The position numbers and the translations under genes were made by a program. 64,000 nucleotides of DNA from an uncultured delta proteobacterium (GTDB taxonomy: Bacteria > Desulfobacterota > Desulfobaccia > Desulfobaccales > 0-14-0-80-60-11): positions 160,001 to 224,000 of the forward strand of contig CAWETI010000003.1 in assembly GCA_963812015.1 (NCBI GenBank), read 5' to 3'. The notes under the pieces were generated by a model. The model was given only the letters and a program-made list of their open reading frames with translations, made no database searches and was not told where the DNA came from. The first letter of the stretch is position 1, and every line of letters starts with the position of its first letter. Below are positions 17,696 to 27,371 of this stretch, one piece after another.

Positions 17696-18445
17696 TCAGT
17701 CTTTGGCTTCCTTGGGGCGACAGCGAGACCCGGGGCGCTGGAGAAGCTCTGAAATCGTGACCATCCGGTAGCCTGCGGCTTGCAAGGCCGGGAGAATAAT
17801 TTTCAGGGCCTCCACAGTGGGATGGCGGTCCACCTGGGCCTCTTGGCCGCTGTCATGAAAAATGATGATGGAGCCGTTCCGTACCCGGCTCAACACATTG
17901 TGGACAATGGCCGGGGCCGTCAGCCCCTTCCAATCGCCGGAATCGAGGCTCCACAATACCAGGCAGCGATGGGTGTGGGCCAGGTAGGCCTTCAGCCGGT
18001 CGTCATAGGCGCTGAAAGGCGGGCGAAACAATCTGGGCGACTTAGGACAGCCCAGAAGGTCCAAGTCCAGTGAGGTACGCTCCAATTGGCGTTCCCGGGA
18101 AAGTTGGTCCTCCTTAATCATCCGGGGATGGCTGAAGCTGTGGTTCCCCACTTCGTTACCGTTTTTGAGCAGGGCCTGGACCAACCAAGGGTATTCTTCC
18201 ACCTTGTGGCCCATGACAAAAAAGGTGCCGTGGGCCTGGTACTGCTTGAGCAAGGCCATGATTTGGGGGGTGTAGATGGGGGAGGGGCCGTCGTCAAAGG
18301 TCAGGGCCACGGCCCTCTCGGTGGGGGCCCCGGCCCACACGGTTACGGGTTCGGCCCCCCAGGCCGACCCGGACGGACCGCCACCGAGGACAACCCCCAG
18401 CAGCGCCAGCATCACCCAAGAATAAGGGGCAAAAGATCGCTTCAT
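17696..18445 (-). CDS. Polysaccharide deacetylase (NodB/CE4)
   Basis: ALTFDDGP, GNHSFSH, FRPPF, DSGDW, IIIFHD; signal peptide. Confidence 0.92.
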   Translation of the reverse strand: MKRSFAPYSWVMLALLGVVLGGGPSGSAWGAEPVTVWAGAPTERAVALTFDDGPSPIYTPQIMALLKQYQAHGTFFVMGHKVEEYPWLVQALLKNGNEVGNHSFSHPRMIKEDQLSRERQLERTSLDLDLLGCPKSPRLFRPPFSAYDDRLKAYLAHTHRCLVLWSLDSGDWKGLTAPAIVHNVLSRVRNGSIIIFHDSGQEAQVDRHPTVEALKIILPALQAAGYRMVTISELLQRPGSRCRPKEAKD

Positions 18446-18580
18446 AGCGTTTGGACTCGCACAGTTGAAAATTTCCCCGGCTTAAATCCAGGGAGCATCG
18501 GCATATCGCGCCATGCCACCGGTAAATCTGACGCTCTCCCGGGGGTGCGACCAGAGAGGAGCGTCTCACGGCGATGCTGG

Positions 18581-19774
18581 TTAGACGAGAGTAATCCCCC
18601 GGGGGCTGTGGGTCAGCCATTCCACCCCTTCGGGGGTGATGCGGCCGGTATCCTCCTGGCCGATCATGCCGATCTCCGGGAGGAAGAACTTGGGTTCAAA
18701 GGCCAGGACCATGTCGGCCTCCAGGGGCAAGGGAAACCGGGCGGTGATGAAGGGATATTCATCCAGTTCCAGCCCCACCCCGTGAGCCAGGAAGCTGACC
18801 CGGTCCGGTTCCAGTCCCATGAAGCAGTCCCCCAAGCCCCGGGCCCGGGCGGCCTCCCAAAGCAGGCGGAAGATTTCCCCGGGATTGGCTCCGGGCCTGG
18901 CTGCCGCAGTAAAGAGCCGGTAGAGTTCCTCCACCGCCTCCCAGGCTTCCCAGGCCTGAGAGGGCAGGGACCCCAGGGCGTACATCCGGGTCATGTCCAC
19001 CACGTAGCCGTTGATGCAGGCGGCCAGATCAATACTGATGGGCTCGCCGGGAACCAGTTTTTTCAGCGACGGTCCCTGGGGGAAAGCGGAGCTGAACCCG
19101 TGGCCGCCGCTCGGGGTGTCGGTATAGGCCGCCAGCAACCCCGAAACGCCGGAGAGGACGTGGCCGTAAAAGACCTCCAGATCCCAGTTGCGCACCCGCA
19201 CCAACCCTTGGTGCCCCAGGAGACGCAGGCGGTATTCCAGGGCCGCCGACACCTCCAGCTCGGACATGCCCGGGGCCAGCAGTCCCGGCACGTCCTCATG
19301 GGCCTGGTCCAGAATGGCCGCCGCCCGGCGCAATTGGTCCAACTCATAGGCGCTTTTGACCATGCGCTGCTGGCGGACGAGCGGTGAGAGGTCGGCGATG
19401 GCATGGCCGGGGAAGATCTGGTCCTGGATGCGCCTGAACAACGCCGCGGGCAGGACATCCAGCTCCAGGCCCACTACGCCCTGGGGTTTAAGTCCCCCTC
19501 GAGCCAAAATCCAGGGGAGGTCTTTCAAATCCCGGTATAGAGTCCGGGCCCAGGGGCCCGGGGCCGGCTGGTCCTGGTGGTGGGGGCGGCGCACCATCAA
19601 CAACGGCTGACCTGAAGGCGCCACCGCCAGGAACCCGTCCACTATGGTCCCGGCATAATAAAACAGGTCGGCCGGTTGGCGAATCAGGGCCAGGCCGATG
19701 CCGGCTGGAGGCAAGACTTTTTGTAAATGACCAACCCTCGCAGACAGTTCCGAGACCGGCACCGTATCCATCAT
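18581..19774 (-). CDS. Xaa-Pro peptidase family (M24) protein
   Basis: GYVVDMTR, FLAHGVGLELDE, LAFEPK, GQEDT. Confidence 0.9.
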   Translation of the reverse strand: MMDTVPVSELSARVGHLQKVLPPAGIGLALIRQPADLFYYAGTIVDGFLAVAPSGQPLLMVRRPHHQDQPAPGPWARTLYRDLKDLPWILARGGLKPQGVVGLELDVLPAALFRRIQDQIFPGHAIADLSPLVRQQRMVKSAYELDQLRRAAAILDQAHEDVPGLLAPGMSELEVSAALEYRLRLLGHQGLVRVRNWDLEVFYGHVLSGVSGLLAAYTDTPSGGHGFSSAFPQGPSLKKLVPGEPISIDLAACINGYVVDMTRMYALGSLPSQAWEAWEAVEELYRLFTAAARPGANPGEIFRLLWEAARARGLGDCFMGLEPDRVSFLAHGVGLELDEYPFITARFPLPLEADMVLAFEPKFFLPEIGMIGQEDTGRITPEGVEWLTHSPRGITLV

Positions 19775-19797
19775 TTCTCCAGGACCAGGTTGATTAT

Positions 19798-20589
19798 TCA
19801 GCAGGTTGGATTTCCCTCAGATTTGCGGAGTATTGCCCCGGACCAGCCAGGCTCGGAAATATTCAGGGATACTACTTCAAATCCTGCTTCGATAAATTCG
19901 TCCCTCAGATCATCCGTGGACTGAAAAATATGTGAGAACTCCGAGCCCCAAATCACATCGCCGACTTCATAATCCCGGTTTCCCCCGGTTAGCCGGGCGA
20001 AAATCTTCCTGGCACTTATCGCCCTGTAATTAATGTGGGGTTTAGGGTCAAACTGAAACTGGCATAAAAAATAGCCCCCGGGCTTGAGCCCGCGGTTGAT
20101 TTTGGTCAGCATCTGGATTCTTTTCCGGCGGGTTGGGATCGAGGAATACATGGCGGCAAACAAGACCATGAGGTCAAAAGAGCCGGCCGGAACTTCCAAA
20201 CTAGAAAATTCCTGGACCATTCCCTTAAGGTTTATGCTGTGTCTGGCTGCATTTTTTTGGGCCTGGGCCACCATTTCGGGACTGAAGTCCAAACCCACCA
20301 CCTCAAAACCCATGCGCGCCAGGGCAATGGCCTCACGACCTCCTCCTACTCCTAAAATCAATACTCGGCCTGATTTCAGAGGGATGCCCTCCAACATCTC
20401 TTGTTCGACGGGATGTAATCCATCGGCTACCAATTCTTCTTTTCCCCATTCATCAATAGCTCCCGGCCTGAAATACCTCTGACGATTCAGCTCTACCAGG
20501 TCCTTGGGCCGCATGAGCACAACGGCCAGGTATGGGAGTAATCTACCTAACCGAATCAAAGCACATCCCAACCTCAGCCTGAGATTCAT
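19798..20589 (-). CDS. Class I SAM-dependent methyltransferase
   Basis: VLILGVGGGREA, GLDFSPEM, FDL, LKPGG motifs. Confidence 0.85.
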   Translation of the reverse strand: MNLRLRLGCALIRLGRLLPYLAVVLMRPKDLVELNRQRYFRPGAIDEWGKEELVADGLHPVEQEMLEGIPLKSGRVLILGVGGGREAIALARMGFEVVGLDFSPEMVAQAQKNAARHSINLKGMVQEFSSLEVPAGSFDLMVLFAAMYSSIPTRRKRIQMLTKINRGLKPGGYFLCQFQFDPKPHINYRAISARKIFARLTGGNRDYEVGDVIWGSEFSHIFQSTDDLRDEFIEAGFEVVSLNISEPGWSGAILRKSEGNPTC

Positions 20590-22589
20590 GTTATTATGCC
20601 TGCCGAGACTGTGCTTTCAGATGGGTTAGCTTGGTCGTCATAGAGCACTATGGCGATCTCCCCGGGCCCCTGGGCTCCCAGGACCAGCACTTTTTCGATG
20701 TCCGCGGTGCGGCTGGGGCCGGTGAGCCAGCTCACCAGACCAGGTCCCCGGCGCCGGACATATTCCAGGGCCTGGGCCAGACCCAGGCAAGAACTATTCC
20801 GAGTGACCAGGACGATCTGCTTTTTGGCCCGAAAGGCGAGGAAAGCGGCAGGCCCCCCGCCGGAATCCACCAAGATGCTCCCCATCTCCGGTATGGCCCC
20901 CAGGGCCACGGTGACCGCGGTGCCGGCCTCAGGGGCCCAGTCGGCTTTAGCCATATGGTGCCGTACTCCCAACTTTTCGAGCTCCCCGGCCACCTGTCGC
21001 AGCCAGGGATGGTCCTCCAGCCACAGGGGTTCCTCCTCGCCGGCCAACCGCCGGGCCAGGTCAGCCGGACCCTTAACCTCTGAAAGCGAACTGCCGGCTT
21101 CTTGAAGCCGTTTCGCCAGGAGCGAGGAGGGAAACTCCTGGCCCAGGTTTGCTTCCTCGCCGCCACTTCCGGCTGCCCCACCATCAAGCGCGGGGTGCCG
21201 GGGGGGCTGGAAAGGTGGCAGAGGGGGCCTCCCCCGGTCCCCTTCACCCAATAAGGTCCCACGCCGGCGGCCCCGTTGTCGCCGATGGAAGCTCTCCGGG
21301 GCTAAGGCCGGGATCCCGGGGAGGCCCCACCCAGAGTGGGCCATAAGACAGGCCAGCCCCCGCCAGGCCAGCTCCAGGCCCCGGTACCAGCGAGGGTGGC
21401 TGAGCACTGTCCCGGCGGCTTTGGTCAAGCCCCGGGCCTGCCGAAACCGGGGGCTACGCCGGCGCAGCGCGCGGATGTGATCCGTCAGCCGGATGCCAAC
21501 CGGACAGATCTCCTGGCAGGCCCCGCATTGGGTGCAGAGATCGCAGATATCTCCCACTGGGGCCAGGTAAGGGGCCAGTAGGATGCCGATGGCCCCGGGA
21601 TAGACCCGGCCGTACAGGTGTGCGGCGCCCACCTGAAAAATCGGACAGATATTGAGACAGGCCCCGCAGCGGAGGCAATACAGGGCCTCGGCCAGTTCCG
21701 GGTCCGCGGCCAGGCGGCGCCGGCCATTGTCCAAAATTACCAGGTAAAAAAACTGTTCCCTCCGGGGCTGCGCCTTGAGCCCCTGGATGAAGTGCACCAG
21801 GGCCGTAAGGCGCTGGCCGGTGGCGCTGGCGGGTAATAGCCGCAGCATGACCTCTGCGTCCGCCAGCTTGGGGATGACCTTTTCCAGGCCCATCAAGGCC
21901 AGGTGAACTTTGGGGAGGGTCGCGGTGAAACGCAGGTTGCTTTCATTTTCCAGCAGGACCAGCGTGCCCTCCGGGGTGGCGAAGTTGACCCCGGTGATGC
22001 CCATCTGGGCCTCGAAAAAATGCGGCTTGATATAGGCTGTCGCCTGCCGGGCCAGTGCCTCGGGCTCCGCCGGAGACCGCAGTCCCAGGTGGGCGGCAAA
22101 TATCTCGGCAATCTGGTGGCGATTCAGGTGAAGGGCCGGGGCGGTGAGATGCGCCGGGGGATGGCCGGCCAGTTGGACAATGAACTCTCCCAGGTCCGTC
22201 TCCATGACCTGGAGGCCCGCCGCGGCCAGGGCCGGATTGAGGCCGATTTCCTCGGTGGTCATGGACTTGGCTTTGACCACCGTCTTGACCCCGTGTTCCC
22301 GGGCCACGTCGAGGATAAGCTGGCGGGCCTGGGCGGCGTCCCGGGCCCAAAACACGCGCCCGCCCCAGGCGGTCACGGACCGCTCCAGGTCTTCCAGGAG
22401 TTCATCCAGCCGGCCCACGGCCTCGGTTTTGGCGGCTCGGGCCTGGCGACGCCAGGTTTCCCATAAGGGATAGTCAGCAAGAAGCAGGTCCCGGGTTGCC
22501 AAGGCGCGGTGCGCCGCGCCCCGGACCGCCGGGGACCTCCCTAAAGTGGCGGTGGAGATATGTGGTTCAGGATGAGTCGTGGCTGCCAA
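20586..22589 (-). CDS. Lactate-utilisation LutB/LldF-type Fe-S protein fused to a LutC/LUD-type C-terminal domain
   Basis: KAKSMTTEEI, ETDLGEFIVQL, CLRCGACLNICP, CTQCGACQEICP; C-terminal LTGPSRTADIEKVLVLGAQGP is LutC-like. Confidence 0.85.
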   Translation of the reverse strand: MAATTHPEPHISTATLGRSPAVRGAAHRALATRDLLLADYPLWETWRRQARAAKTEAVGRLDELLEDLERSVTAWGGRVFWARDAAQARQLILDVAREHGVKTVVKAKSMTTEEIGLNPALAAAGLQVMETDLGEFIVQLAGHPPAHLTAPALHLNRHQIAEIFAAHLGLRSPAEPEALARQATAYIKPHFFEAQMGITGVNFATPEGTLVLLENESNLRFTATLPKVHLALMGLEKVIPKLADAEVMLRLLPASATGQRLTALVHFIQGLKAQPRREQFFYLVILDNGRRRLAADPELAEALYCLRCGACLNICPIFQVGAAHLYGRVYPGAIGILLAPYLAPVGDICDLCTQCGACQEICPVGIRLTDHIRALRRRSPRFRQARGLTKAAGTVLSHPRWYRGLELAWRGLACLMAHSGWGLPGIPALAPESFHRRQRGRRRGTLLGEGDRGRPPLPPFQPPRHPALDGGAAGSGGEEANLGQEFPSSLLAKRLQEAGSSLSEVKGPADLARRLAGEEEPLWLEDHPWLRQVAGELEKLGVRHHMAKADWAPEAGTAVTVALGAIPEMGSILVDSGGGPAAFLAFRAKKQIVLVTRNSSCLGLAQALEYVRRRGPGLVSWLTGPSRTADIEKVLVLGAQGPGEIAIVLYDDQANPSESTVSAGIIT

Positions 22590-22612
22590 TGGCTTAGAAG
22601 GGCAGACCGGGC

Positions 22613-23344
22613 CTATTTATACCCGGTGACGCATTTTTCAAAGGCTGCCATCCATTCCGGAAAATGTAAATCTTCGGGGGTTTCCGTGGCAATGCGGAGG
22701 AATTCGTTGACCTGTTCCTCGATCCAGGGATGTTTGTCTAGATCATCTATGCTTTTTTCCATCACCACTTTAAAATCTGCGGGCAGGTTTCCATCAGCGG
22801 CCAGGCGGCTTTTGATAAAACCCACCATCAATTTCAAGGAAACCAGCCTCTTTTCCACGCCCAGGTGGCGCAATTCATCTTTGATATCCTCCCGCACTCG
22901 CTCGGAGGCAAGGTCACGGAGAAATACAAAGGGGTTAGTGCCGCTGAACAGAGACGACCAGGTATAGCGCATATAATAAAATCTTTTGCCGGTACGCCAT
23001 ACCGTCTGAACCAAATCGTGGTTCTCGGGTTCCCGGGAAATCTGCACTAAGGCGTCGCGATAAGGCCGTTCCAACCTCGCCAGTACCAGGTTATAAAACA
23101 TAAAAAGGTTGACGAGGAGCATGCCGAAGATGCTGATGCTACGCAGCGTCGGCTGCACGGTACTGGCCCAAATAAACATGAAGTAAAAGAATATCAATAC
23201 GACAATAATAGTCCGTACGATCCTGATACCCGAGACAACCAGGCGGGGGTCCTTACGGTGCATAATGAAACCAATAAGTAATAAGATAAGAATTATTATC
23301 TCGACATAGGCGCTGGACAGCAAGTTAACGATGGTTTCAAACAT
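22613..23344 (-). CDS. Hypothetical membrane protein (3 N-terminal TM helices)
   Basis: GAGAGGA RBS before ATG 23344 (MFETIV...); hydrophobic N-terminal half, helical soluble C-terminal half. Confidence 0.7.
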   Translation of the reverse strand: MFETIVNLLSSAYVEIIILILLLIGFIMHRKDPRLVVSGIRIVRTIIVVLIFFYFMFIWASTVQPTLRSISIFGMLLVNLFMFYNLVLARLERPYRDALVQISREPENHDLVQTVWRTGKRFYYMRYTWSSLFSGTNPFVFLRDLASERVREDIKDELRHLGVEKRLVSLKLMVGFIKSRLAADGNLPADFKVVMEKSIDDLDKHPWIEEQVNEFLRIATETPEDLHFPEWMAAFEKCVTGYK

Positions 23345-23579
23345 ATTATCTCCTCTCATTGGCAATTGCAGAGCAGGAAAGTTTTCCACAATACTGGCAA
23401 ACAAGTCGAACCCCTTACGAGTCAGAAGCTACGTATCCAGTATATTTCATCTTATCATATTTATCCGCCGGAATCCGAGACAAATTTACCTCTGGCGGCA
23501 GCCCGGCCGCCCGCCTGAAAGGAGCAGGTCTGGTTGGGCTTGTCTAGGCCCCAGGCCGGTTCCGGGGAGCCGGCTCCTC

Positions 23580-25460
23580 TCAGGGCTGGACAAAAACCTG
23601 GATTTTGGCCCGCCGGCGTTCTCCATCCAGCCAGGATGCCAGAATGAGCTGCTGCTTCTGTTGGAGCATCTGGGCTTGCAGGCGGCCCCGCTCCTTTTGA
23701 AATTCCTGGGCATCCGGCTCCCGCCGGGCCTTAAAGGCCAGCAGGTAATAGTTGTCTTGCCACCACAGGGGTTTCTCGGTATAGGGGTGTTGCTGGGACA
23801 GTTGAAAGGCGGCGCCGGTCAAAGACTCGGCCTCCCGCTGCTTGAGAAAACCCTGGAACCGGCTAAAAAAGCCGCTGTCCTTGACAGCCAGGTCGGCCCG
23901 AGCCGCCACCTGGGCCAGGGGCTTTCCTTGCCGCAGCTCTCCCAACAACCGGCCGGCTTCCTGTTCCGCTTGCTTCCGGGCCAACTGCTTGCTTAACGCC
24001 GCCTTCACCTGGTCTTTGATCTGGGCCAGGGGTGGCAGGTGGGCGGCCTGAAGTTCCACGCCTTTAAGGACGGCGAACCCCTCCTTCAGCTCCACCGCTT
24101 TGCTGATCTCCTGGGGCTTGAGGTGGAGGGCGGCCTGGTTGAAGGCGGGCTGCACTCCCAGCCCCGGAACGGCGTCTGACAGGGCGAAGAGCGGGGTCTC
24201 CTGGGGGGTCACCCCCAATTTCTGCGCCACCTGGGGCAGGGAGCCCCGGGACAACTCGTCCCGGGCCTGCTGGGCCGCGTTTCTGGCCAGTTGCCGGGCC
24301 TGCTCCTCTTTGAGACGCTGCTCCACCTGCTGGGTGGCGTCGGGGAGGCGCTCCGTTTCTTTGATTTCCTCCACCTTGATCAGGTAAATCCCCTGACTGG
24401 TGGCGGCCAAACCCATGGTCTCCGGTTTGAGGCCAAAGGCGACCTTATCCCATTCCGGGGGATGCTGGCCCCGCTGGACCAGGCCCAGTTCCCCGCCCTT
24501 ATCCCGGCTGGCGGGGTCCTGGGAGTTTGCCCGGGCCAGAGCGGCAAAATCCTCCCCCGCCCTGACCTTGCCAGCCAATTCCTGGGCTTTTCTGGCCACT
24601 TGCTGGTGATCGGCGTCCGTGGCCTTGGGGGGCAGGGTGAGCAGGATCTGTTGCGCCCGAATCACCCGGGTCTGGGTGTATTCGGCCTGGTGCTCCTTGA
24701 GGTAATCTTCCACGGCTGCGGGGGTGAGCTTGACCCGGTTGAGGTAATCCTTGGTCCGGAAGATCAGGTAGTTAACCCGGGCCCGGTCCGGCAGGCGAAA
24801 TTCCGCCTCGTTCTCCTGGTAGTAGCGGGCCATCGCCTCATCCGTGGGGTTTTCTTTGGCCAGGAACTTCTGGGGAGCCACCGCCAGGTAGTTGACGTCA
24901 ACCTCCTCGTTGGCCATCCGGAAGAGCTCCTGAAGTTCGCCGTCCGCCACCTTGGCAAAGGAGGTCACTTGCTGAACGACCTTGCGCAGGAGGAGCTGTT
25001 GGCGTTCCAGGGCCTCGAAATCCTGGGGGTTCAGGTGGTTCCGGGACAGGAGCCAGAGGTAGCGCTTCTCGTCGAATTTGCCGTCTTGCCGGAAGGCTGG
25101 GTAACTCTGGATCTGGTGCTGCAATTCGGCATCACTCACCTCCAGTCCCAGGCGCTGCCCGGCCTGGAGGAGGAGGGTTTCTTCGACGAGCTGCCCCAGG
25201 GCCATCTCTTTGAGCCGCAAGGCATTGACCATCTCGGGGGTCAGTTCGCCCCCGGACCGTTCCTGGTACTGCTTCACCAGGTCGCTGTAATGCCGCATGA
25301 ATTCGGTCATGGGGATGACGGTGCCGTTGACTTCGGCTGCCTCCTGGGAACGGGCCGATTTATAGGAGCCCACGCCCCAGAAAATGAAAACCACCACGAT
25401 GGCGCCGATGGCCAAGTAAATGAACCAGGAACGGGTAGATCTGCGCAACCATTGTAACAT
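23580..25460 (-). CDS. ppiD: Periplasmic chaperone PpiD (SurA-N + parvulin PPIase)
   Basis: MLQWLR...FIFWG anchor, AAEVNG, GEDFAALARANSQDPAS...GGELG parvulin motif. Confidence 0.88.
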   Translation of the reverse strand: MLQWLRRSTRSWFIYLAIGAIVVVFIFWGVGSYKSARSQEAAEVNGTVIPMTEFMRHYSDLVKQYQERSGGELTPEMVNALRLKEMALGQLVEETLLLQAGQRLGLEVSDAELQHQIQSYPAFRQDGKFDEKRYLWLLSRNHLNPQDFEALERQQLLLRKVVQQVTSFAKVADGELQELFRMANEEVDVNYLAVAPQKFLAKENPTDEAMARYYQENEAEFRLPDRARVNYLIFRTKDYLNRVKLTPAAVEDYLKEHQAEYTQTRVIRAQQILLTLPPKATDADHQQVARKAQELAGKVRAGEDFAALARANSQDPASRDKGGELGLVQRGQHPPEWDKVAFGLKPETMGLAATSQGIYLIKVEEIKETERLPDATQQVEQRLKEEQARQLARNAAQQARDELSRGSLPQVAQKLGVTPQETPLFALSDAVPGLGVQPAFNQAALHLKPQEISKAVELKEGFAVLKGVELQAAHLPPLAQIKDQVKAALSKQLARKQAEQEAGRLLGELRQGKPLAQVAARADLAVKDSGFFSRFQGFLKQREAESLTGAAFQLSQQHPYTEKPLWWQDNYYLLAFKARREPDAQEFQKERGRLQAQMLQQKQQLILASWLDGERRRAKIQVFVQP

Positions 25461-25537
25461 GGGTTCGGGTTACCTCGATTTTTCTGATGTCAGCCGGTCT
25501 GCCTCCCCCGGGGGATGCGCCGCCGGGGCCGGGGCAG

Positions 25538-26257
25538 TTACCGGCTGGGTGCCTTGGGGGCTTCCTGCAACATCTTCTTGGCCTCTTTGGCTTCGGGGCT
25601 GTTGGGGTACGCCTTCACCAATTTGTTGAGCGTGCTCCGATAGGTGCTCATTTGCTGCTGGCTTTTATAACACAGGGCCTGGCGCAAGAGGCCGGCGGGA
25701 GCCAGGATGCTCTTGGGAAACTGAAGCCGCAACTTATTGAACTCCACACCCGCCTCACCGTACTTGCCCTCCTGGTAGAAGCTGTCCGCCAGGTAATAGC
25801 GGGCCTCCGGGGCCTTGGGGCCCTTGGGTTGGCTCTTCAGATATTGGTGGAGCTGGTTGCGGGCCTCGCCGTATTTCTTAGCATGATAGAAACTCATGCC
25901 CTCGGTAAAATTCTTTTCCGAGGCGGCGCTGGAGACCGCGGGCGTGGGCTTGGGAGAAGCCGAGGCGGACGGGGCCGGAAGGGGGCGCGGCTTGGCCGCC
26001 GCCGCGGGGGCTGCCGTGCGGCCTTCCAGTTCCGCCAGGCGACTCTCCATCTGCTGCACCTGGGCTTGGAGGTTTTGCACCTGCTGGGCCAGGTCCACCG
26101 GGGGAGCTTGGGCCTGGGTCGGCGCGGCCGCTCCGGGGGCGGTCTCGGCCGGCGGGGGCGGCATGTTGGTGCGCATGCCTGTAAAGTTGGAGCAGGCCGC
26201 CGGGAGCAGCAAAAGAACTCCCACCACCAGATACCGGATCACGCGTGCTTGCCTCAT
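25538..26257 (-). CDS. cpoB: Tol-Pal-associated TPR lipoprotein CpoB/YbgF-like
   Basis: Lipobox PAAC, coiled coil, TPRs (ARYYLADSFY, YPNSPEA); GGAGGG RBS. Confidence 0.8.
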   Translation of the reverse strand: MRQARVIRYLVVGVLLLLPAACSNFTGMRTNMPPPPAETAPGAAAPTQAQAPPVDLAQQVQNLQAQVQQMESRLAELEGRTAAPAAAAKPRPLPAPSASASPKPTPAVSSAASEKNFTEGMSFYHAKKYGEARNQLHQYLKSQPKGPKAPEARYYLADSFYQEGKYGEAGVEFNKLRLQFPKSILAPAGLLRQALCYKSQQQMSTYRSTLNKLVKAYPNSPEAKEAKKMLQEAPKAPSR

Positions 26258-26356
26258 GGTCTTCCCTCCTGGATGGCTGGGGGCCCTGGGGCCCCATGGC
26301 CAGAGGGCCCCTGCCCGGCGCCGGCCATCCCCCTGGCTTATTTGCCTAAATGTTTC

Positions 26357-26386
26357 ATAATATTATCTTCCGGCCACTCTTGTCAA
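26357..26386 (-). promoter_or_regulatory. sigma70-type promoter for cpoB/ppiD
   Basis: On the - strand, TTGACA (26381-26386), 18 nt, TATTAT. Confidence 0.5.
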
Positions 26387-26423
26387 GGAACGGTCGCACA
26401 GGGAGAGTATCAGTTTGAAATTC

Positions 26424-26454
26424 CCCCTTATGGTTAAAATTTAACCATAAGGGG
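26424..26454. repeat. Perfect 31-bp palindrome
   Basis: CCCCTTATGGTTAAA-A-TTTAACCATAAGGGG, 15-bp arms with a 1-nt centre. Confidence 0.9.
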
Positions 26455-26509
26455 ATAGGCGCACGAACTAGGTTTTGGGAGGGAACCGAAAAGCGGACCG
26501 GAAAATTTG

Positions 26510-26557
26510 ACAAACTTCGTTTTTTGTGAAATATTCAACAAACTCGTGTTTTTGTGA
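26510..26557. promoter_or_regulatory. Two tandem 20-bp operator-like repeats
   Basis: ACAAACTTCGTTTTTTGTGA (26510-26529) and ACAAACTCGTGTTTTTGTGA (26538-26557); each is ACAAA-N8-TTTGT. Confidence 0.55.
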
Positions 26558-26716
26558 CAAGATGGAATTATCGTTCTGGATTTTTTTGCCGATTGACTAT
26601 ATAAAAAATCCTAAACTCAAAATTTGGGTAGATATTGACTGTTGCCTTTGGATGCTTAATTTTTGGTTGAAAAGGGTAGTGGGTTGATTTAAAATACACC
26701 CAGGATTGGAAAAATC

Positions 26717-26926
26717 ATGACTAATTTGTTTCTTTTCGCAAGCTTCGGTTTTTTCGAAGGAATAGGAAGGGTGGTTGATTTAACAGGCACCATGGTGGAC
26801 TATAATGGCTCGCCAACAATTGAAGAGGCTGATAATCGTGCTATAATTTCTGATTGGCAAACTGTAGGTGATGACTTAAGAAATGTCATGAATTCATATG
26901 CCAAAAACCAAAAAACCGAAGACTAG
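26717..26926 (+). CDS. Small hypothetical protein (69 aa)
   Basis: AT-rich ORF overlapping the start of the DUF2335-like gene; FFEGIGRVVDL...DNRAIISDWQTVGDDL. Confidence 0.65.
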   Translation: MTNLFLFASFGFFEGIGRVVDLTGTMVDYNGSPTIEEADNRAIISDWQTVGDDLRNVMNSYAKNQKTED

Positions 26927-27371
26927 AAAACCAAGGATTATTCTCCCCTCTGTGCCAAAGCGAAATTTTCCTTCAGCCCAAGTTACCCAAGTATCCGTTA
27001 GCCGCTCAGCTCCATTGCCCCATCCTTCAGAATTGGAAGGGTATGAAAACATATTGCCCGGTGCAGCCGAAAGAATTTTTGCTATGGTTGAAAACCAATC
27101 GACCCATAGGCAGGGATTGGAAAATAAAGCGCTATCTATAGAAGGCAGAAATAGTTTACTTGGGCTTATTGCAGGTGGATTTATAGGGGTTATCGGCCTT
27201 TGTATCGCGGGCTTTTGTATTTATGTCGGTCATGATAAGGCCGGTATGGCTTTGGGCGGGGGTACTTTAGTCGCTTTGGTAGGGCCATTTATTTACGGAA
27301 CTCGCCAGCGGCGCATTGAAAGAGAACAGAAATATCTTATAGGTCAAAATCAACTAAAGAAACAGCGATAA
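26898..27371 (+). CDS. DUF2335-like membrane protein
   Basis: SAPLPHPSELEGYENILPGAAERIFAMVENQSTHRQ followed by two TM helices matches the DUF2335 pattern. Confidence 0.8.
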   Translation: MPKTKKPKTRKPRIILPSVPKRNFPSAQVTQVSVSRSAPLPHPSELEGYENILPGAAERIFAMVENQSTHRQGLENKALSIEGRNSLLGLIAGGFIGVIGLCIAGFCIYVGHDKAGMALGGGTLVALVGPFIYGTRQRRIEREQKYLIGQNQLKKQR

